Shown in pieces: positions 9,238-16,000 of a stretch of DNA of 16,000 nucleotides. The position numbers were made by a program, and so were the translations under genes. Within the stretch, counting starts at the first letter, position 1, and each line of letters begins with the position of its first letter. The DNA comes from Takakia lepidozioides. Its lineage: Eukaryota > Plantae > Bryophyta. Under the pieces are notes generated by a model. That model was not told where the DNA came from, searched no databases, and saw only the letters and a list, made by a program, of their open reading frames with translations. The stretch is taken from positions 1 through 16,000 of the forward strand of contig JAKLZA010000080.1 of assembly GCA_030704615.1 (NCBI GenBank), given 5' to 3'.

Positions 9238-10941
9238 GCGAATGCGGCGCCGCATTTCCGTTAAGTACGATCACTCTGCTACACATCCGTACTTGTTGGA
9301 AGAAAATGCGGCACCGCATTTCCGTTCCACCTTCACATACCTTAGTTGTTGAACGGAAATACGGTGCCGCATTTCCGTCCCACAGCTCCAAGTATGAGAT
9401 TCAGAAGGGAAATGCGGCGCCGCATTTCCGTTCCCACTTCACATACGTTAGTTGATGAATGGAAATGCCGTGCCACATTTCCGTTCGGGAAAGTATAGAG
9501 GTCTCACCTGGACAGAAATGCGGTGTCGCATTTCCGGTCTGGAAAGGTTGAAGGTCTCACATGGATGGAAATGCGGCAACACATTTCCGTAGCACAGCTC
9601 CAGGCCGAATATACAAAACGGAAATGCGGCGCCGCATTTCCGTTCGAGAATGTCGGAAGGTGCGACTCGAACGGAAATGCGGTGCCGCATTTCTGTACCC
9701 GTTGCGCACGATTTTCAGTCAGAATGGAAATGCGGTACCGCATTTCCGTTCTGTAGAGTATTAACGTCTGACGCTGGCGGAAATGCCTTCCCGCATTTTC
9801 GTTCCACAGCTCCATGCCTCACATACAAAACGGAAATGCGGTGCCGCATTTCCGTTTTGGAATGTCGGATGGTGGGACTCCGACGGAAATGCGGTACCGC
9901 ATTTCAATTCCGATGTTTCAGGATATTTCATCAGAACGGAAATGCGGTGCCGCATTTCCCTTTTAAATCTAATACATTCCGTTCTGGAATGTTGGGAGGT
10001 GCGACTCGGATGGAAATGCGCTGCCGCATTTCAGTTCCGATGGTTCACGATTTTCAGTCAGAACGGAAATGCGGTGCCGCATTTCCGTTCTGGCCTGATG
10101 GTAGGTGCGACTCGGATGGAAATACGTTGCCGCATTTCAGTTCCGATGGTTCACGATTTTCAGTCAGAACGGAAATGCGGTGCCGCATTTCCGTTCTGGA
10201 ATGATGGTAGGTGCGACTCGGATGGAAATACGGTGCCGCATTTCAGTTCAGATAGTTCACGATTTTCAGTCAGAACGGAAATGCGGTGCCGCATTTCCGT
10301 TCTGGATAGTGTGAATGTCTCAACCGGTCGGAATTGCGCTGTATGAAGCTGTCGGAATCTTACTCGGCTCCAGGCATCAGATACAAAATGGAAATGCGGC
10401 GCCGCATTTCCTTTATGGAATGTCGAAAAGTGCGACTTTGACGGAAATGCGGTGCCGCATTTCTGTTCCCGTTGTTCATAATTCTCAATCAGAACGGAAA
10501 TGCGGTACCGCATTTCCGTTCCACCTTCACATACCGTGCTTGTTGAATGAAAATGCGGTACCGCATTTCCGTTCTCGAGAGTATGAATGTCTTTTAAGGA
10601 CGGAAATGTGCTGCAGCATTTCTATCCCTCAGCTCCATGCATCAGATACAAAATGGAAATGCGGCGCCGCATTCCCGTTCTGGAATGTCGAAAAGTGCGA
10701 CTCGGACGGAAATGCGGTGCCGCATTTCTGTTCCCGTTGTTCATAAATCTCAATCAGAACGGAAATGCGGTACCGCATTTCCGTTCCACCTTCACATACC
10801 GTGCTTGCTGGATGGAAATGCGTTACCGCATTTCCGTTCTGGAGAGTATAAAGGTTTCCCCCGGACGGAAACTCGGTGCCGCATTTCCGTCGCTCTGTTG
10901 CATGACCAAGATGCAATACGGAAATGCGGCGCCGTATTTCC
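9238..10941. repeat. Array of ~32 palindromes GGAAATGCGG-YR-CCGCATTTCC with a 53-bp period and 31-bp spacers of five recurring types
   Basis: Unit starts: 9302, 9355, 9408 ... 9938 (step 53); 10012 ... 10330 (step 53); 10390 ... 10920 (step 53); plus 9238. It lies between the divergent methyltransferase-like and transposase genes. Confidence 0.95.
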
Positions 10942-11370
10942 GTCCACCAGCAATCGACAGAATCACTCGTGACGGGAAATCTGGAACCTCAATGGGTTGC
11001 ATTGTTCCGAAACAACACAATTGCGGCCAGTCTTGATGAGCACAACTTGGTTGTCTGACCGTTTTAACCAGCAGTCCTGGCACTTGTCAGTGCGAACGTT
11101 CCTGTCTGCACCGAGAATACTGCTGGATCCACCCTCAGGAGAAACTGTCAGGAGATGTTATTTCGTCGCCGAATCGGCCATCATTGTCCTACTCACTGGC
11201 TATGGAATCAAACCTCCCACCTTCATGCATGTAGCTTGAAACAATACTTTCCACTTCAATGTGCGACTTCCAATTGTCGATGGACTCCGCAGATCCACTT
11301 AGATGGTGCCTGTGAGCCTTGGTCTGTCGCTATACTGAACCTCGCACTTGCCAACTCCGTGCGGTGTTCG

Positions 11371-14300
11371 ATGGCTCCGAATTCCTACGCTATAGTTTGC
11401 TGTCCTCCGCAACTTGGGAGAGCCTGGATCCCAAACGAGGGAGGACTTTGCAGAGTGACTGAAACTTACCTTTGTTCCAAATTCAAGCTCAAACCGGGCA
11501 CAGTTTATTTGGAAGAAGAAAGGAAGGATGTTCCTGGACAGGTTGACGAGACCATTGTCGTGCTAGGTAACGACGGAGGTTGCGGAATCGAATGGCACGT
11601 TCCCCCGTCAGACACCATCCTGTACCGAGCTGTGGGAATGCCCATTCCCTTTCCGAATCAGTCGCTGCCCACACCATCCACAAAGGAGTCCGGAAACCGA
11701 GAGGCGGCCACTGCCAACAGAGAGGTATGCAACGATAATCATTCCCGACCTGGACCGTCAAGACCCTCCATAGCTTCTCGTGTGGACGTATTCGACATTT
11801 CCGACGAGGAAGATGATTGCATTGAGGTACCCATGTCCTCCACACGGTCGTTCAAATCCGGCATGGACGTCTCTGTAGGTGCTACGCATGTGCCCTCGAG
11901 CATAACTCCAACCCGGTCCATTGTGCAGCTCCTACGACAACATCACCTCGATGGTTCTCGCTCCGAGCTGGCTGCTCTCGACTATGCCAAATTCCCAGTC
12001 AGAAAGGTAACTTTTCTGCCTCCCGAAGTCGATGGCAATGTCATCTTCGAGTTTCCACCTGTTTCTTCGTCAAAGAAAGCCTCCGGGATGTTAACAGACA
12101 TGGATCGAAAGCATGACGGACACCCCTGGTGTGTGACGAAGACCAGTAGCACGAAAATTGCTGATGGTGTTCGTGTACGATATGTCCTCTGTGCGGGGAA
12201 GCTGAGGTGCCTCAATCCCACCTGCTTCCACTTTCTCTCCAAAGGAGGGCGGAGAAACGAGACGGATTGGACTGGCACAACGCATCATCCATTCATTGTC
12301 TCCAGCCAAGCTCCTGCGGGTTCTTTCAAGTGTGCACATTGCAAAGAACCACCGACGTGCATGTCCATGTGCAGAGCCAAGCAATATTACGTAATCCATT
12401 TGCTCCCGGACTTGACTAGAGCTTGCATACACGTTGGGGTCCACTGCCACCCCTTGGCGAGAGGCAACATGCGTGAGGCTGTGCAGGAAGCACACGACAT
12501 CATAAAAGAGGAGGTGAAATTGAGCCCCGGAGCCAGACCAAAGCAGATTCAGCTGAAGGCAGCCCACAAGATTGCTCTTGGCAAAATCATGTCTGAAGAT
12601 GGTTCCGACCGAGAGCCCTTGACCGAAGACGAGATGCGTGACCTCTTGGAGTCCGTCTCGCACGTTTGTAGTCCGAATGTGCGGAATCACATCGTATCTT
12701 GCAAGCAGGAGTTCGGCAGGGGGTCGGACATGTACTCAATCCTGGAGGTGAAACGAATGACTGGATATGACTACATCCAAGGTAGCAGGTTTCCAGGGCA
12801 AGGCAGCGAATCCGATCGTTGTTACATTTTCAAAATGTCGACGTGTGGGCCTGGGAGTGGAGTCGACTTGGTCACTCGCATGACAACTGGAAACTTGTCG
12901 AATGCTTGGGTGATGTTTGATCACATCAAGCGAATTACAAACCATCAGTGGGTGACTATGGGTGCGCATGTTTATGACTATCACTCCAAGAGGCTCATGA
13001 CGATTGCAATCTGCGAGATGAAAGGGGAGGACACACAGTCCGAGATGCATCTGTGGGAGGGCATAAACGAGCAGATGGCAAGGGCGGGATTGCCAGAGCC
13101 CAATTTCAGGGGATTCATGGCAGACAACGCTCAGGCCAACTGGGCAGCGGTGCGGCGTGTGTACGGTGAGGACCCCAATGTTCCAATGGAGGGGAAAGAG
13201 AGATCCTGTGGATTCCATTGGATGCAGAGTCTATCCCACTACACTACCAAATTTGTTGCTAGCTCATTCCAGGCTGAACACCGTGTCCTTTGTACGGCGT
13301 GGAAGGATGCACCCACATTTGATGACGCGGAGGTTAAGTTTGCTATCATCGAGGCTTGGTGGAACACGTCAGGTGCAGTGGAGACAACCAATCTGGGAGC
13401 ATTGCACAGCTGGTTGGGGTGGTGGCATTTTCGGTATCGACAGTTCGGACAGTACATGCGGGAGGTAGGCTGCTGTCATTTTCGTTCATTTGTCTTTCTG
13501 TTACGGACATTTCGATTGGTCCCTCACCGTTGTTTGTGTCCTTCTAGGAGCGGTGCTTGGATTCCGACACGGACATGCCGAACACGAATATGGCAGAATC
13601 GGTCCACTCCTCCTGGCGAGCGTCTTCTGCCGCACATCTGGTGGACGTAGTGACGGCCACAACGGAGGACATCGACAGAGCAATCATGCAGCAAGCCACG
13701 TACTACAAGTTCCTGAGCGGCAAACAATGGGGCTTTGGGCCGGACAGGGAGGAATTGTTGGTACGAACAGCTTCGAGGTCCAAGAATCCAGTGAAATGGG
13801 CGACAGCATTGCGAGAGAAGATCAAAGGGACGCCTCTGCACCGCAGAGGTGAACACCTAGAGGGGGACGTCCGGACTCGCCCTGTCAGGCGGAGGATTGA
13901 AGAGGAACCCGGGTGCGAAGAGGATTCCTGGAGATCCGACAGGAACATTCGGACAGCACCTCGAGGTCCCGTCATGTTGCCGCACAATGTGTCTTCCAGC
14001 AGTGGAAGCCCAAGAAATTCCAGATCGCCGTCGCCTTCAACCGGGGATTTCGTGCAACAAATTCCCACCGCTCCCTTGCCCCACATTCCGCCCGCTGTTA
14101 TGCAGTATGGCCAAGCCATTGTGGAGACGACTGTGTCTGCCTCACAGTGGAGAATTGCTCGCACAAAGCCGTCGTTTCGAGGAAGGTGTTCCGCAATTCG
14201 TGTGGATACACGGCAACGTTGTTTAGAGATGATAAGGAGGAATCCAGATGGGGCTGTCCCTGCTCCTACTTTTACAGGAAGATTTGTCCATGCAAAGTTT

Positions 14301-14978
14301 GCGGAGGCGACAACCACCCAGTTCTGGTTCTGCAGGCACGACATTATGACTTGCGTGTATGGAAAGCCCAAGTACGGCATACAGACAATGCCAGAGGCTC
14401 CCCCGGTGTGGCCGGTGGAACCAGGCTGCGATCTGAGTCAGGTTGAGGCCGACGCCCTTACCGCCGCAGGATTTCGGATGGTGCAGCGCACTGACGTGCC
14501 CAGACAACCATTTCCGCTTCCACAGCCTCCACCACCGACCCCTGTGAGAGCAAGAACAATGGGACACGACAGCTCTAAGCATCCTACACACCGTTGGGGG
14601 AAACCGAAGAGGCGGCGACCTCCCTCAAAAGTGAACGAGACAAGGATGGGGAATGCACTTCGGATGAACTGTACAATCCAGAGCTCGACAGAAGTGCCCC
14701 CACCAGGATTCGGGCGTGTGTATCAGATGGCCACGGCGGGCTCAGCTGTTCGCAATGAGGTGTACACCATCACCATTTCAGAATTACCCACCTGCAATTG
14801 CACCGACTTCCAGATCATGGCGAACAAGGGGGCATCATACTGCCCTTGCAAGCATTTGTACTACGTGTACCTAAAGAGACTCCGTTGTAATTCCACAACT
14901 CATCACTTCATACATGCACCAGGGTTGAGCCCCCAGGAGGTTCACACTCTTCTGAATATGGATCCAGGGGACCAGTGA
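11371..14978 (+). CDS. Mutator-like DDE transposase with GCM-like N-terminal Zn domain and C-terminal SWIM zinc finger; exons 11371-13464 and 13548-14978 (~1,174 aa; upstream in-frame ATG at 11155 possible)
   Basis: ORFs 11155..13650 and 13557..14978 join through a phase-0 GT-AG intron at 13465-13547 (GAG|GTAGGC...TTCTAG|GAG). MULE-type motifs: WVMFD (D 12919), FMADNAQA (D 13123), CGFHW (CxxH, 13207-13218), TNMAES (E 13596). SWIM CNC..F..CKH at 14793-14855. No stops or frameshifts. Confidence 0.9.
12115..12456 (+). other. GCM-like (WRKY-GCM1 superfamily) zinc-binding DNA-binding domain of the transposase
   Basis: The pattern DGHPW...CAGKLRCLNPTC...CAHC...C...GVHCHP parallels GCM (GWAM...CLGVVVC...C...CPNC...C...GEHDHP). 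Confidence 0.75.
13465..13547 (+). other. Spliceosomal intron (83 bp) in the transposase gene
   Basis: GT...AG ends, T-rich, and it restores the frame between the CxxH region and the catalytic E. Confidence 0.88.
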
Positions 14979-15223
14979 GCTTGGCTTGCGGTCCACATAC
15001 AATGGTACGCCCATCGGATAGTAGAACTGTACTGCTGCCAGTACCTCAGACTCTGGCCACACAAAGGTCCGACATATGTCTTGCCTACCAGTAACCTGTT
15101 TTGATCGAACTAAGATATTACTATATCGTTCACTTGTTTCCACGTGCATGTATTTTTGTATGTTGGAGGGTTCATGTTTTTCTGCTTTCCGAAAACTTGC
15201 TCTCCTCATTCGACCTCCGACAA

Positions 15224-15341
15224 GGAAATGCGGCGCCGAATTTCCAAGTATCGTCGTAGGTACCCCCAGAGGCGGCCTTCGCCAACACCAAACCGCTCCG
15301 AAATTTCGCACGTGCGAACCCTAATGCGGCACCCTATTTCC
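15224..15341. repeat. Two solo degenerate palindrome copies downstream of the transposase
   Basis: GGAAATGCGGCGCCGAATTTCC at 15224-15245 and AATGCGGCACCCTATTTCC at 15323-15341. Confidence 0.8.
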
Positions 15342-15720
15342 CAGTTCAGTTGCAAACCTTTCCCGCCGAATACCCGAAGAAGACAGAATTGTGAAGTACT
15401 GCAGACTGTATTGGTGCAGACTCCATTGGTTCAATCGCGGCAAAAGGGTCAGCTTCATTCCAATGTTAAGGCATGTAAAACCGCGGAATACTCTATACAG
15501 GCCAGTATGCGACGTCCTTTTGCAGTGGTATACTGGATTTCCCGTTGCACGGTCACTTATTTCCATGAGCGGATCTATAAAACCATGAGCGGACTTGTTA
15601 CTGACGACATATCTTCGCCGCATTACATGATCTGGAACGTCCAAAAACGGCAAGGTCAAATAAAAAACTATTATTTTAATACTTGTTTAATCTGCCGCAT
15701 TTCCAAATTTGGAGGAGTCC

Positions 15721-15812
15721 GCTCATGAAATCCGCGTATCTTAGACTTCGGCTCACCGCTCATGCGGCTCATGCGGCTCATGGCTCATGGCTCATGGTTT
15801 CTGCTCATGAAA
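15721..15812 (-). repeat. Right imperfect terminal inverted repeat built of GCTCATG units
   Basis: GCTCATG at 15721, 15758, 15767, 15776, 15783, 15790 and 15803. The reverse complement begins TTTCATGAGC like the left end. Extra forward-oriented CATGAGCGGA copies lie at 15564 and 15584. Confidence 0.85.
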
Positions 15813-15918
15813 TAGTAAACCTCCTTATACGGGATCTGTAGGGTACCCTTAATTTTAGCACAGACTGAGACCTACAGGAGCCTTAGGGGTGACAGCAGCG
15901 CACTGTAGAGGGGGGTTA
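15813..15918 (+). pseudogene. 3' continuation of the interrupted flanking ORF
   Basis: Reads (I)VNLLIRDL*GTLNFSTD*DLQEP*G*QQRTVEGGY. All stops are TAG/TGA, consistent with CAG/CGA deamination as in the left flank. Confidence 0.5.
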
Positions 15919-16000
15919 CACAGCCCGTCACAGTCGTCACAGTCATCACAGCCAACACAGCCAACACAGGCCGTCACAGTCGTCACAGCCGACACAGCCA
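15919..16000 (+). repeat. 9-bp minisatellite (CACAGTCGT/CACAGCCAA), ~9 copies, running off the window end
   Basis: cacagcccgt cacagtcgt cacagtcat cacagccaa cacagccaa cacaggccgt cacagtcgt cacagccga cacagcca. Confidence 0.85.

Larger units (their letters stand above)
1102..15812. mobile_element. Large (~14.7 kb) Mutator-like (MULE-related) DNA transposon carrying a GCM-DDE-SWIM transposase and a ParB-like/DNA methyltransferase-like cargo gene
   Basis: Termini are inverted: TTTCATGAGC at 1102-1111 and GCTCATGAAA at 15803-15812. Both ends carry CATGAGC clusters. There is an internal DDE transposase. The flanks rejoin into one reading frame (...SPIIVSGAA-I-VNLLIRDL...). Confidence 0.88.

Noticed and set aside
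9238-10941. CRISPR array (palindromic 22-bp repeat with 31-bp spacers)
   Set aside because: Spacers recur as five related types in higher-order blocks, repeats are degenerate, there are no cas genes, and the context is eukaryotic with introns.
9129-11083. Many overlapping ORFs with MRHRIS / KCGAAFP / GNAAPHF peptides
   Set aside because: These are translations of the stop-free palindrome in all six frames. The 53-bp period is not a multiple of 3.
13465-13650. C-terminus of the 831-aa ORF as a real protein end (two separate genes)
   Set aside because: It is intron read-through. Splicing 13465-13547 supplies the catalytic E from the next ORF.
12091-14591. Minus-strand ORFs 12091..12690, 12736..13218, 13703..14380 and 14223..14591
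   Set aside because: Antisense shadows of the transposase.
15144-15728. 194-aa plus-strand ORF near the right end
   Set aside because: It overlaps palindrome and subterminal motifs in the presumed 3' non-coding region and has no recognisable domain.

Overview
Eukaryotic, intron-containing DNA, most likely from a plant: GT-AG introns of 80-146 bp and CAG/CGA->TAG/TGA decay. Almost the whole window (about 1102-15812, ~14.7 kb) is one large DNA transposon with short CATGAGC-built terminal inverted repeats. It is inserted into a decayed retrotransposon-type ORF that can be rejoined in frame across the insertion, which implies no TSD or a 2-bp TSD rather than the 8-11 bp typical of MULEs. The element carries (i) an apparently intact two-exon Mutator-like DDE transposase with an N-terminal GCM-like zinc domain and a C-terminal SWIM finger (+ strand); (ii) a divergently transcribed ~10-exon, ~1,400-aa gene fusing a ParB/Sulfiredoxin-like domain to a bacterial-type beta-class N6A/N4C DNA methyltransferase-like domain (- strand); (iii) a degraded ORF of unknown function; and (iv) about 50 copies of the palindrome GGAAATGCGG-YR-CCGCATTTCC, in two helically phased arrays (one with a strict 53-bp period) and as solo copies in introns. 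The combination suggests a transposon with its own DNA-binding and DNA-modification system acting on its own repeat arrays. All domain calls are motif recognition by eye; no database search was run.
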